The notes beneath the pieces are model-generated. The model was given only the letters and a program-made list of their open reading frames with translations. It searched no databases and was not told where the DNA came from. A stretch of 64,000 bases of DNA from an uncultured Candidatus Saccharimonas sp. (GTDB lineage Bacteria > Patescibacteriota > Saccharimonadia > Saccharimonadales > AQU-01). The translations under genes and the position numbers were made by a program. Each line of letters starts with the position of its first letter. Position 1 is the stretch's first letter. Of this stretch, positions 27,447 through 36,758 are shown in pieces. The stretch lies in assembly GCA_943358095.1 (NCBI GenBank), contig CALRGT010000001.1:82842-146841 (forward strand). Direction: 5' to 3'.

Positions 27447-28793
27447 ATGGATGATATTTCTTGGCCTAAAAACAAACCAAAAACAAAAATTAAATCAAAG
27501 AAAATTCTTACTGTTAGGGGAGCGCCTATTGAGCTCGATCCTTTAGATTTAGATATCAAATCAGAAGAAGCAGTAACCGAATTACAAACAGAGATGCAAC
27601 CTCTAGAGAATAATGCAGACCCCTTAGTTATTGCCGACGCATCGCCAGCCATTGCTGAGCCAAAAACAAGAAGAATATTCTTTAAGCATACCAACATGAC
27701 CAAGAAAAAGTGGGCAATGCTAATTGTCGTGCTTATAGCGCTTATAGCGGCAGGTGTGTATGGAGGCATGAAATTATACAAACACTATACTGCATCACCT
27801 AAAACAAAAACGTCGACCACAAAAACAACCAAGCCAGTTCCACCACCAATTACAACTGGGCCATCGCCATTGACAGGCGCGGAAGTTGATTTGAGCCTAG
27901 TAGGCAGGCCTGTTACAGGCATTATGATAGAGAATAGCTTTGACGCACGTCCACAATCCGGACTAAAAGACGCCGGCATAGTTTACGAAGCTATCGCCGA
28001 GGGAGGAATAACAAGATTCTTAGCCCTTTACCAAGAGGCGCGACCTGACTACATAGGACCAGTCCGCAGCGTACGACCTTACTATCTAGACTTTTTGATG
28101 CCCTTTAACGCTTCCATCGCTCATGTTGGCGGCGCCCCACAAGCCTTGGCAGAGATCAAAACATTCGGCATACATGATCTTGACCAATTCGCTAACGGCA
28201 ACTCCTACACTAGAATCACTCAAAGATTTGCGCCCCACAATGTCTATACCAGCTTTGACAAAATGGACGCACTTAATGCCGCAAAAGGGTTTAAGTATGT
28301 TGCGTTTACATCCTTCCCAAGAAAGAAGGACGCTCCAACTACTCCAAAACCTGCAACAGCGACCACTACCGCGAGCACCGTAGCAGCAACCACACCAATA
28401 CCGATTGTAAACACAATTGACCTAGCAATATCTGGACCGGACTTTAACGCACACTACGACTACGACGCAACCACAAACACCTATAAACGTAGCGAGGGTG
28501 GCGCTAAACATATTGACGAAAAATCGAGTATTCAACTAGCTCCGAAGGTGGTAGTCGCTTTGGTAATGCAGAGGGGGATTGCTACCGACGGTCAACACAC
28601 CGACTACTCAACTACTGGTAGCGGCCGTATGTTTGTGTTTCAAGACGGCACCATTACAGAGGGCACTTGGACGAAATCCGACAGAACGACTCAGTTCGTA
28701 TTTACAAATGCAGCTGGTCAACCACTCAATCTTAATGCCGGTCAAACATGGATCACTTTAGTAGATAAAACTACGAATGTAACCTATAAATAA
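27447..28793 (+). CDS. DUF3048-domain protein (membrane-anchored)
   Basis: DARPQSGLKDAGIVYEAIAEGGITRFLALY and VRSVRPYY motifs. Confidence 0.7.
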   Translation: MDDISWPKNKPKTKIKSKKILTVRGAPIELDPLDLDIKSEEAVTELQTEMQPLENNADPLVIADASPAIAEPKTRRIFFKHTNMTKKKWAMLIVVLIALIAAGVYGGMKLYKHYTASPKTKTSTTKTTKPVPPPITTGPSPLTGAEVDLSLVGRPVTGIMIENSFDARPQSGLKDAGIVYEAIAEGGITRFLALYQEARPDYIGPVRSVRPYYLDFLMPFNASIAHVGGAPQALAEIKTFGIHDLDQFANGNSYTRITQRFAPHNVYTSFDKMDALNAAKGFKYVAFTSFPRKKDAPTTPKPATATTTASTVAATTPIPIVNTIDLAISGPDFNAHYDYDATTNTYKRSEGGAKHIDEKSSIQLAPKVVVALVMQRGIATDGQHTDYSTTGSGRMFVFQDGTITEGTWTKSDRTTQFVFTNAAGQPLNLNAGQTWITLVDKTTNVTYK

Positions 28794-28801
28794 GCAACAA
28801 A

Positions 28802-30328
28802 ATGAAGTACTTTAAAAGTTTTAAGCGTGGGGTTCAGCTACACTTAGGACTGATTTTACTGATCAATAATCTTTTACTTGTAGCTATATATATAGTTGGG
28901 GCGCAGCTATTAGATCTGCCGTCTTCGATGCTAGCTATTATCCTTGCAGCTACCGCACTATTGTCGATGTTAATAATCACATTTGTATCGACAAACTATC
29001 TTAGTAAACCTATGGATACAATTGGCCGTGCTGTTAACTATGTTTCTCCAGACAAATCTGACTATGCCGCACCAGTTCTTGATGATCTAAGATTAGGGCG
29101 AGAGCTAGTCGCAGAACTTAGCAGGGAAGTTTACTCCATTGCAAGTAGCGTAAAAAACAGTCCCTTAATTAGTTCGGCACCAAACGAAAACGTGTTGATG
29201 AATAGTTTATCAATCCCGATAATTATGATGGATAAATCTCAGAAGATTACATTTATAAATACCGCAGCAAGTAATTTTATTGGCAAGGCAGCTACAGAAA
29301 TAATTAATAAAAATATGTATGACGTTTTTGATTTTTCATTTTCTAGTGACGACACATATGATTCCTGGCTGAATCAAACGCGGACGAACAGCGCTGTGGC
29401 TAGCAAATCATGGAGCCACGTAAGACTGCCATTAGCTGACCCGACAGGGCTCAAACAAATAGACATGACCGCTAGCTATAGTCTTGACAGTGCAACAGGC
29501 ACAGAAGTTACACTGACCTTATACGATAGGACACTAGACTATAGCAAGGATGATGCATCGATAAGTTTTGTGGCAATCGCCGTTCATGAGCTACGCAACC
29601 CAGTAACTCTACTTCGTGGTTATATAGACGTATTCGAAGAAGAACTTTCTGGCAAACTAAATGTTGAACTGGCTGACTTTATGATAAAAATGCAGGTAGC
29701 AGCTGGGCAATTATCGACATTCATAAATAATATCCTAAATGTGTCGCGCGTAGAAAACGATAAATTATCTTTAGAACTTAGTGAGCAAAAATGGCCAGAC
29801 ATAATACAGGGCGCGATTAATGGCATCAGTATGCGTGCAAAAGTACACAACAAGATTATTGAATTTGTAGCGCCTACTAATCTTCCGACAGTAGGGGTGG
29901 ATAGCGTTAGTATCTATGAGGTTCTAAGCAACCTGCTTGATAACGCAATAAAATATAGTGGCGACAACGCTGGCAAAATAGTGGTCAGCACGTTATTAAC
30001 CAAGGACGGTCTAGTTGAAACAAAGATTCAAGATTTTGGTGTAGGTATTTCGTCGAATGTTTTACCAAAACTCTTTGAGAAATTTTACCGCAACCATCGC
30101 ACACAAACTTCGGTCGGCGGGACAGGACTAGGACTATTTCTTAGCAAAGCAATAGTTAACGCTCATGGCGGCAACATCTGGGTAGACTCCAAGGAAGGTC
30201 AGGGATCGACATTTGGTTTCACAGTACTGCCGTATGTTATGGTTGCAAATAAATTAAAGCCCGGCAATGATGGCATAACCCGTAATGCACATGGGTGGAT
30301 CAAAAATCACTCACTTTATAGGCGATAG
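28802..30328 (+). CDS. Sensor histidine kinase (2 TM, PAS-like, HisKA, HATPase_c)
   Basis: H-box FVAIAVHELRNPVT; N-box LLDNAIKYS; G-boxes QDFGVGI and GGTGLGL. Confidence 0.85.
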   Translation: MKYFKSFKRGVQLHLGLILLINNLLLVAIYIVGAQLLDLPSSMLAIILAATALLSMLIITFVSTNYLSKPMDTIGRAVNYVSPDKSDYAAPVLDDLRLGRELVAELSREVYSIASSVKNSPLISSAPNENVLMNSLSIPIIMMDKSQKITFINTAASNFIGKAATEIINKNMYDVFDFSFSSDDTYDSWLNQTRTNSAVASKSWSHVRLPLADPTGLKQIDMTASYSLDSATGTEVTLTLYDRTLDYSKDDASISFVAIAVHELRNPVTLLRGYIDVFEEELSGKLNVELADFMIKMQVAAGQLSTFINNILNVSRVENDKLSLELSEQKWPDIIQGAINGISMRAKVHNKIIEFVAPTNLPTVGVDSVSIYEVLSNLLDNAIKYSGDNAGKIVVSTLLTKDGLVETKIQDFGVGISSNVLPKLFEKFYRNHRTQTSVGGTGLGLFLSKAIVNAHGGNIWVDSKEGQGSTFGFTVLPYVMVANKLKPGNDGITRNAHGWIKNHSLYRR

Positions 30329-30343
30329 ACAACTTATGAATGA

Positions 30344-30763
30344 ATGCTTAAATCTGCTAAAATACCTCTAATGGATACAGCTACCGATAACACCAAAACT
30401 GTACGCAAAGTCCTCTGCGTTGAAGACGAATTCTTTATTAGCGAGCTATACTCGCGCGCCCTTACAAGAGGAGGTTACCAAGTTGAAGTCGTGACAGATG
30501 GACTAAAGGGACTAGCTATGGCTATGACCAACGACTACGACATAATCTTGCTCGATATTATGGTGCCGAACATGACTGGCATAGACATACTCAGACATCT
30601 TAGAGAAGAAAAGGCCGATTTGCGGGCGAAAATTATTATCACGACGAATTTAGACCAGGGTAAAGAGAACCGCACAGATATAGAGAAACACGCTGACGGA
30701 TACATAATCAAAGCCGAGATCACTCCAAGGCAACTTGTTGAATTTTTAGATAACATCAAGTAG
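30344..30763 (+). CDS. Single-domain response regulator (CheY-like receiver)
   Basis: VLCVEDE, DIILLDIMVPNMTG, IIITT and ADGYIIKA motifs. Confidence 0.85.
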   Translation: MLKSAKIPLMDTATDNTKTVRKVLCVEDEFFISELYSRALTRGGYQVEVVTDGLKGLAMAMTNDYDIILLDIMVPNMTGIDILRHLREEKADLRAKIIITTNLDQGKENRTDIEKHADGYIIKAEITPRQLVEFLDNIK

Positions 30764-30772
30764 ATTATTTTT

Positions 30773-30795
30773 GTCCCCTGAAGGGGACTTTTTTT
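30773..30795 (+). terminator. Intrinsic terminator after the response regulator
   Basis: GTCCCC-TGAA-GGGGAC followed by seven T. Confidence 0.8.
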
Positions 30796-30797
30796 AT

Positions 30798-31016
30798 GCC
30801 ACTTTTGTCTCGGCAAAAGATGGCGCAAAACCGAGGGGCGGTGGCGACAACTCGATATAGCTTCCGAACAAGAAGCACAACACAGCCTGCGGAACTTGTC
30901 CTATCGGACTTCAGACAGTCCTCGGCAGGTAGTGTTGTTGTGCTCTTATCGGAAATCTATTTCGGGTCGTCACCAAGCCCCGTAAAAGACCATGGATGCC
31001 CGCTTAAGGCGGGCAT
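30798..31016 (+). ncRNA. Candidate structured RNA: 5' hairpin (30798-30824), long imperfect rod (30831-30983), 3' hairpin (30996-31016)
   Basis: Arms 30831-30889 and 30924-30983 pair almost continuously (GGGGC/GCCCC, GGTG/CACC, GCGAC/GTCGT, TTCCGA/TCGGAA, GCACAACA/TGTTGTGC, CCTGC/GCAGG). The 76-aa ORF here is probably spurious. Confidence 0.45.
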
Positions 31017-31032
31017 TAATTATTAACTTAGG

Positions 31033-31040
31033 TGTATAAT
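31033..31040 (+). promoter_or_regulatory. -10 element TGTATAAT of the Y-family polymerase cassette
   Basis: GGTGTATAATT directly after the 30996-31016 hairpin; the identical 11-mer occurs at 10727-10737. Confidence 0.5.
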
Positions 31041-31332
31041 TGGGTTAGTTATGTGAGTACTTTCATTCACGTGGATTTTTACTCGCAGGCTTTATTAGAT
31101 AGAGAGGCATACTCACTGAACGCCAAATGGCTTCACGTCACTGCTAACCTCAAACACATCTCGTTCAACTGACGCAGCAAGGGCTTTTGCGCTACTTCTG
31201 GTCACACGGATAATTTAAACAATACAGTTTAAATGTCCTCTTTATTATTTGTTTTTAATACATTTTCGGGCACCAAAAATACCTACAAAACACCGTAAAC
31301 TATTCTACTTAATCCTTGAAAGGATCTTAATT

Positions 31333-31599
31333 ATGCGCGAGAAAATCAACGAAGAAGTATCTGTAATTATGTACTATAGCTCGACTAAACGCCTGGCTGT
31401 GCCGCATTTAATCCGCTGGCAAAACCGCGAATATCTGGTCGGCAAGATCGGCTACCACCACACTGTTATGGAAGGCCGAGTACTGCACCACATCTACGAA
31501 TTAGCCGATAAAAATCAAGCTCTGTGGTTTAGATTGAACCTCGATACGAGTAATTTGCACTGGAGACTGGAGGCAGTTAGTGATGGAAACGCCAATTAA
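31333..31599 (+). CDS. Small protein, paralog 3 of the polymerase-associated family (88 aa)
   Basis: ATG preceded by AAAGGA. The 3' end overlaps the polymerase start by 20 nt. The ORF-track start at 31249 (TTG) is probably an over-extension. Confidence 0.6.
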   Translation: MREKINEEVSVIMYYSSTKRLAVPHLIRWQNREYLVGKIGYHHTVMEGRVLHHIYELADKNQALWFRLNLDTSNLHWRLEAVSDGNAN

Positions 31600-32821
31600 C
31601 TACAACCCGCCTATGATGATGCACATCGACCTAAACTCCTGTTTTGCCATAATCGAACAGCAGGCCAACCCTTTAATTCGCAACAAACCAGTAGCGATTG
31701 CGGCCTACGACACGCCCAGGGGTATCATAATCGCTTCTAGCTACGAAGCCAAAGCTTTGGGCATAAAACTTGGCGTTAGCGTTCGTGACGCTCGCTTGTT
31801 GTGCAGGGACGTCATAGTGATGACACCCGACCCAGAAAAATACTTTGATGCACATCGTCGATTCAAGCGAGTATTACAAAACTACACGGACTCGGTAACG
31901 CCAAAATCAGTTGACGAATTTGTTATCGATTTCCGCGGCTCACCAGCAGTAAAGCGAGGCAAAAGTTTGCAAGAAATCGGTTTTGAAATTAAAAGCGACA
32001 TCAAGCAGGCTATCGGTGAATATGTAACGGTTAATGTCGGAATTGGACCTAACCGCTTTTTAGCCAAATTAGCAGCTGGCTTAAATAAACCTGACGGCCT
32101 GGACACTATTAATGGCGATAATCTGCGCGAAACCTACGCAAAACTTCAACTCATCGATTTGCCAGGAATTAACACTCGCTACAGTGCTAGACTAAATGCC
32201 GCCAATATTTACACGCCAATACAGTTTCTTGACGCACCCATGCCACTACTCAAGAAAAGGGTATTCAAAAGTGTCGTTGGATTCTATTGGTATTTGCGGT
32301 TGCGAGGACATGAGATTGATCAGGTTGACTTTGGCCGCAAAAGCTTTGGCCAACAATATGCGCTAGGCGACAAAACTTCTGATCCAGAACAATTATCACG
32401 CCTACTAATGAAGCTCTGTGAAAAAGCTGGCCGGCGTCTACGAAAGGGTGGCTACGTGGCTGGCGGAATACATCTTTGGTTGAATTTCGAGAACCGCACA
32501 TACTACGCTCAAGGCAAAAAACTACATAGAGACATCTACTCAACTCAGGATATTTATTTGGCAGCTCAAAGAATTTTAAGCAACGTCTCTATTCCGGCTC
32601 GCGTCACCAATATTGGCGTCACCGTCATCGACTTACACCCTAGCAATCCTGAACAACTAGGGCTATTCGACGACAGCCGACTAGACACCCGCAGTCTGGC
32701 TCGAGCAGCCGACTTAATCAACGATCGCTACGGCGAGTTCACGCTAGTGCCAGCCATTATGGCTAATATGCAAGACACTGTTTTGAAGCGAGTAGCTTTT
32801 GGTAGCATCCGCGACCTATAG
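31580..32821 (+). CDS. Y-family (translesion) DNA polymerase, DinB/UmuC-like
   Basis: MHIDLNSCFAIIEQ, SYEAKALGIK, SVDEFVIDF, VNVGIGPNRFLAKLAAGLNKPDG and LPGIN motifs. Confidence 0.88.
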   Translation: MMETPINYNPPMMMHIDLNSCFAIIEQQANPLIRNKPVAIAAYDTPRGIIIASSYEAKALGIKLGVSVRDARLLCRDVIVMTPDPEKYFDAHRRFKRVLQNYTDSVTPKSVDEFVIDFRGSPAVKRGKSLQEIGFEIKSDIKQAIGEYVTVNVGIGPNRFLAKLAAGLNKPDGLDTINGDNLRETYAKLQLIDLPGINTRYSARLNAANIYTPIQFLDAPMPLLKKRVFKSVVGFYWYLRLRGHEIDQVDFGRKSFGQQYALGDKTSDPEQLSRLLMKLCEKAGRRLRKGGYVAGGIHLWLNFENRTYYAQGKKLHRDIYSTQDIYLAAQRILSNVSIPARVTNIGVTVIDLHPSNPEQLGLFDDSRLDTRSLARAADLINDRYGEFTLVPAIMANMQDTVLKRVAFGSIRDL

Positions 32822-32835
32822 AAATTAGAGCCACG

Positions 32836-33747
32836 CTACTTACGCGTATACAGGCGCGTATCACGTGGATCATAACCGGTAGCTAGTAGCGCGTCTATAA
32901 TTTCGTCGTCAGTGTCTTCGAAGGTCATAACATTTGCAGAACTAATTCCGTCTTTCATAAATGCACCGTGAGCTTCTCGGATAGTCCTGACTTTATCGTC
33001 AAAATTTTCGGCCTTAATATCATAAAGCCAAGCTTTGCTGCCAGAAGGTATGCGAGCGGTGGCTGCAATAGCCGTTCTAGCGATAACATTATTTACATCC
33101 AAGCCAACAACCAATTTGGAGGTCTCAGACCTAGCAGCGTTAAATAAATAATCATACTCTTCGGCATCGGCATTATCGGCAATAGCATCCATACCGTATC
33201 TGAGATCGTAGACGTCACTAAGAGAAAGATTACTTAAAGTCTTGGCTGATTCCGATGCTTCAATAGTATTATTCTTATAAAGATCTGCTCGCCAGACAGT
33301 TCCGCCCTCGACATAACCCATACTTTCATAAAGATCACCGGCTGGTCCACGACTAGCGGCAGAAGTCAGCCTAATAGTCTCAACATCCTTTTCGTCAAAC
33401 CATTTATGCAGTGAGTTCATTGCGGCGCGACCAAGACCTCGACCAGTAGCTTCTGGCAACGTGACTACATCATCCACCCAGCCCTCCAGGCTAGGGGTCC
33501 AAAGGCGATTAGCTGTGGCTGTGGCCATGATTCTGCCATCATCTCCAGTACTAATAAAAACCGCGGTATCTTCTTTATTCTTCCTGATTTGATCTAGGTT
33601 TTGGTCTATTGAATGATGCTGATCAGAAATAGACTTTGACCTGAATTTTTCACTTAGGTGTGACAATAAAGGCACAAAGTCTTCTATATCGTCATCAAAA
33701 TGACCAATCATTTGCTCGAACTTAGGATTTGAGGCTGATGAATTCAT
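32836..33747 (-). CDS. GNAT-family N-acetyltransferase (two-lobed, 303 aa)
   Basis: VVTLPEATGRGLGRAAMNSLHKWF (motif A), GDLYESMGY. Confidence 0.7.
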   Translation of the reverse strand: MNSSASNPKFEQMIGHFDDDIEDFVPLLSHLSEKFRSKSISDQHHSIDQNLDQIRKNKEDTAVFISTGDDGRIMATATANRLWTPSLEGWVDDVVTLPEATGRGLGRAAMNSLHKWFDEKDVETIRLTSAASRGPAGDLYESMGYVEGGTVWRADLYKNNTIEASESAKTLSNLSLSDVYDLRYGMDAIADNADAEEYDYLFNAARSETSKLVVGLDVNNVIARTAIAATARIPSGSKAWLYDIKAENFDDKVRTIREAHGAFMKDGISSANVMTFEDTDDEIIDALLATGYDPRDTRLYTRK

Positions 33748-33808
33748 AGACTGCCCCTATTTACTTAGTGCTTTAATTATACTAGTAATTTTATCTATTA
33801 ACAAAATT

Positions 33809-34357
33809 GTGTCCCGATTGACGGCTTGTGCAATCCACATTAAAATAAGTAACCTGCTAACCAGCGAAAGGCACACTAAATTGACTCACAAATACCGTAA
33901 TCCACATGATTTTCGAAACTCACAAATGAATGATTTTGGGACCTTTAAAGCCTGGAGCGTGCCACTAGAAATACAAACACCTATAAAAGCCCTACTGCCA
34001 GAACAAATAAATCTAGATGAGGTCAGTCTTGCCATCGACTCCAAAGAGTTAAGGTTAATGAATGGCATCTCAGCGCTTGAACGGTCTTGTCGGTTACCTT
34101 CAGAACGCAACCTATCAAGAATCAGCCAGCTAACAAAGCTAGACACCAAAAAAATATTAGCTAGCGTAATAGATATGGGGCTAGCGGGCATTAGAATAGA
34201 GCGACCGCTTCCAGCCGATCAACAAAATCTTCCCGATGGATCTTTGGCGTACATAAGAGGTTGGGAATTTGACCAAAAAATAACGTGCTATCGACTTAAC
34301 TCAAACGGCTTGGGTTTATTTGCTTTAAAAAACGTAAACACACCAAAAATCACCTAA
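33809..34357 (+). CDS. Hypothetical protein
   Basis: Uninterrupted ORF with no recognisable motif. The start is uncertain (GTG 33809 or ATG 33926). Confidence 0.45.
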   Translation: MSRLTACAIHIKISNLLTSERHTKLTHKYRNPHDFRNSQMNDFGTFKAWSVPLEIQTPIKALLPEQINLDEVSLAIDSKELRLMNGISALERSCRLPSERNLSRISQLTKLDTKKILASVIDMGLAGIRIERPLPADQQNLPDGSLAYIRGWEFDQKITCYRLNSNGLGLFALKNVNTPKIT

Positions 34358-34407
34358 TATCTAATACTTATTTTGCATATAAATATGAGGCATGATATTT
34401 TCAATTA

Positions 34408-35196
34408 ATGTCGACGCCTGCATACCAAGAAAGAGAGAGTTTCTATTTTCATGCCATCAACTCGGCACGCGAAGTATTGAGTCATCCCGACCTGGACACC
34501 ACAGACCACCCCCATGTCGACAAATTACTTGGAATGGTAGATTATGCTGCGTTACTAATTCCAGATAAAGCACATGGAATTTTACATACTGGAGATTTGA
34601 TAATTAAAGGCTCTGTGGCAATTTTGCCGTTACTGGAAAGTGACTTGAACGGGTCAAAACAATACACTTATGACTCTGCCGAGAATCTTAACCGAAATAA
34701 TGGTAATAGCATTGAATACGACTTGCGCCAAGAAAGATCAATCCAAGCCCATTGCAGGCATCAAGACGAAGTGCTCGTGCCGATGATTTCACTGGCGCCT
34801 AAACTTGCAATAAGATCATCAGTTCAAGTTGGGTCAACTATGGCGCACGAATTAGACCATGCTCATAAACTCACTAATCCAAAAGAAAATTTTCGCTACG
34901 GTGTCGATACGCCTACCTCCAATGCTATTTTGGAAATTTCTGCCTACCGTTTAGAAGACGCGGTTTTGCGAGCAAACTATGCAGATGGTTATGAGGAAGA
35001 GCGGAGCAAAATAGAACATCGTTATCGCAACCAAGACTTGCCTAATAAGTATCGAGCTCGTGATGCTGACCCATTAACCAGAAATGTAAGAACAGTGGCA
35101 TTTTTAAACTATTTTTTTGACAGAATAGGCGCTCAAGTAGGCACCCAGCCTTCCTCCAAAGTTATAAAAGGCCTTCAAGCACAGGACATTATCTAA
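34408..35196 (+). CDS. Hypothetical protein with an HExxH motif (possible zinc metallopeptidase)
   Basis: GSTMAHELDHAH, with a Glu (EISAY) about 25 residues downstream. Confidence 0.5.
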   Translation: MSTPAYQERESFYFHAINSAREVLSHPDLDTTDHPHVDKLLGMVDYAALLIPDKAHGILHTGDLIIKGSVAILPLLESDLNGSKQYTYDSAENLNRNNGNSIEYDLRQERSIQAHCRHQDEVLVPMISLAPKLAIRSSVQVGSTMAHELDHAHKLTNPKENFRYGVDTPTSNAILEISAYRLEDAVLRANYADGYEEERSKIEHRYRNQDLPNKYRARDADPLTRNVRTVAFLNYFFDRIGAQVGTQPSSKVIKGLQAQDII

Positions 35197-35227
35197 AAAT
35201 AATCTGACTCAGTGAATCCAACCAAGT

Positions 35228-35257
35228 AAAAAGCCCACACATTATGTTGGGCTTTTT
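35228..35257. terminator. Bidirectional terminator between the HExxH gene and tRNA-Glu
   Basis: AAAAA-GCCCA..TGGGC-TTTTT. Confidence 0.7.
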
Positions 35258-35260
35258 ACT

Positions 35261-35335
35261 TGGTGACCTCACGGAGAATCGAACTCCGATTTCCGGGATG
35301 AGAACCCGATTTCCTAACCGTTAGAAGATGAGGCC
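35261..35335 (-). tRNA. tRNA-Glu (anticodon CTC)
   Basis: Reverse complement reads GGCCTCA..TCGGG-TTCTCAT-CCCGG..CGGAG-TTCGATT-CTCCG-TGAGGTC-A-CCA. Confidence 0.9.
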
Positions 35336-35513
35336 AAATTGTAGCTAATATTTTGTTCTCGGTCATTTGTTAAGACTCTGAGAGTATATCTACTAGCAAC
35401 GAGATACTATCATATCTGTTAGCTCTAGTCCATGCTAGCCATTGCTTAAATTATTAAAACAACAGATAATAAAGCATAAGTAGTTAACAATTTAACGTAC
35501 CGGCAGGTGGGTC

Positions 35514-36758
35514 ATGGACTGGTTCAAAAAAGTAATCAAAGGTAATAGTGGCGGCGACGGATCTTTGGCGTCTCGATTACAGGCCGAAAGATTAAAGTCA
35601 GACATCATACTTAGCGCCATAGAAACTGGTGTGGTGGTGGTAGACGAAAACCAAATCGTGCAACTTATCAATCCTGCAGGAGCAAGAATAGCCGGCTGGA
35701 CGATGGCCGAAGCTGTAGGCCTTGACTACAGATCAATCATACATCTTACTGACGAAAAAGAAGTTGACTATACTGACCCACAAAATCCATTTAAACAAGC
35801 CATGGTAAGCGGCAAAACTATCGTGGACAACAACGCGGTATTATCCACCAAAACAAATCAACACACACCAATAAGCCTCAGCGTATCTCCAGTCTTTGAT
35901 GCAAATAATAAACGCGTGACTGGTGTGGTGGGCGTTTTTAGTGACGTATCCCAACAGCGCCGAGAAGAAAGGCAGCGTGCTGAATTTATCAGTACTGCTA
36001 GCCACGAAATGCGGACACCTGTAGCTGCTATTGAAGGCTACCTTGCACTAGCCATGAACAACAAAGTCGCCAATATAGACTTAAAAGCCAGGGATTACCT
36101 CGAGAAAGCTCACAGCTCAACTCAACATTTAGGTAAATTATTTCAAGATTTGCTTACTAGCGCTAGAGCAGAGGATGGAAGACTAAGTAATCACCCGACT
36201 GCTATAGAAATGGGGAGTTATTTGCAGCAATTAACGGAAGATTTGAGATTTGGTGCAGAAAAGAAAGGTTTGCTAGTAGAATTCGTAGTCGGATCAGAAA
36301 AAACCAACCCAACATCAGCCGCGGGAGTCAAGGTGATTCCACCACTCTATTACATCAGAGCTGATAATGAGAGAATTCGAGAGGTAGTGACTAATTTATT
36401 TGATAACGCAGTAAAGTACTCAGACAAAGGCATGATATCTGTTGGTATCACCGGCAACGATAAGATTGTCCAGATTTACATAAAAGATACTGGCCAAGGA
36501 ATTGCACCCGCAGACATTCCGCATTTATTTCAGAAGTTCTATCGTGTCGATAGCACATCTACTCGTACAATTGGAGGTACTGGTCTTGGCTTATTTATTT
36601 GTAGAAAAATAGTAGAGTTATATGGGGGTCGTATTTGGGTAGAAAGCGCAAAAGATAAGGGAAGCACTTTCTACATTAATGTGCCTCGACTGAGCTCTCA
36701 AATAGCCAGCCAGATACTCTCAAAAGAAGTCCCGACAATTATCTTCCCGGAAACTTAA
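35514..36758 (+). CDS. Cytoplasmic PAS-domain sensor histidine kinase
   Basis: H-box FISTASHEMRTPVA; N-box LFDNAVKYS; KDTGQGI; GGTGLGL. Confidence 0.88.
   Translation: MDWFKKVIKGNSGGDGSLASRLQAERLKSDIILSAIETGVVVVDENQIVQLINPAGARIAGWTMAEAVGLDYRSIIHLTDEKEVDYTDPQNPFKQAMVSGKTIVDNNAVLSTKTNQHTPISLSVSPVFDANNKRVTGVVGVFSDVSQQRREERQRAEFISTASHEMRTPVAAIEGYLALAMNNKVANIDLKARDYLEKAHSSTQHLGKLFQDLLTSARAEDGRLSNHPTAIEMGSYLQQLTEDLRFGAEKKGLLVEFVVGSEKTNPTSAAGVKVIPPLYYIRADNERIREVVTNLFDNAVKYSDKGMISVGITGNDKIVQIYIKDTGQGIAPADIPHLFQKFYRVDSTSTRTIGGTGLGLFICRKIVELYGGRIWVESAKDKGSTFYINVPRLSSQIASQILSKEVPTIIFPET

Noticed and set aside
30831-30983. 6S RNA or a retron msr-msd as the identity of the rod-like hairpin
   Set aside because: The rod is almost continuously paired and lacks the large central bubble typical of 6S RNA. 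No reverse transcriptase gene is nearby, so a retron assignment is unsupported.
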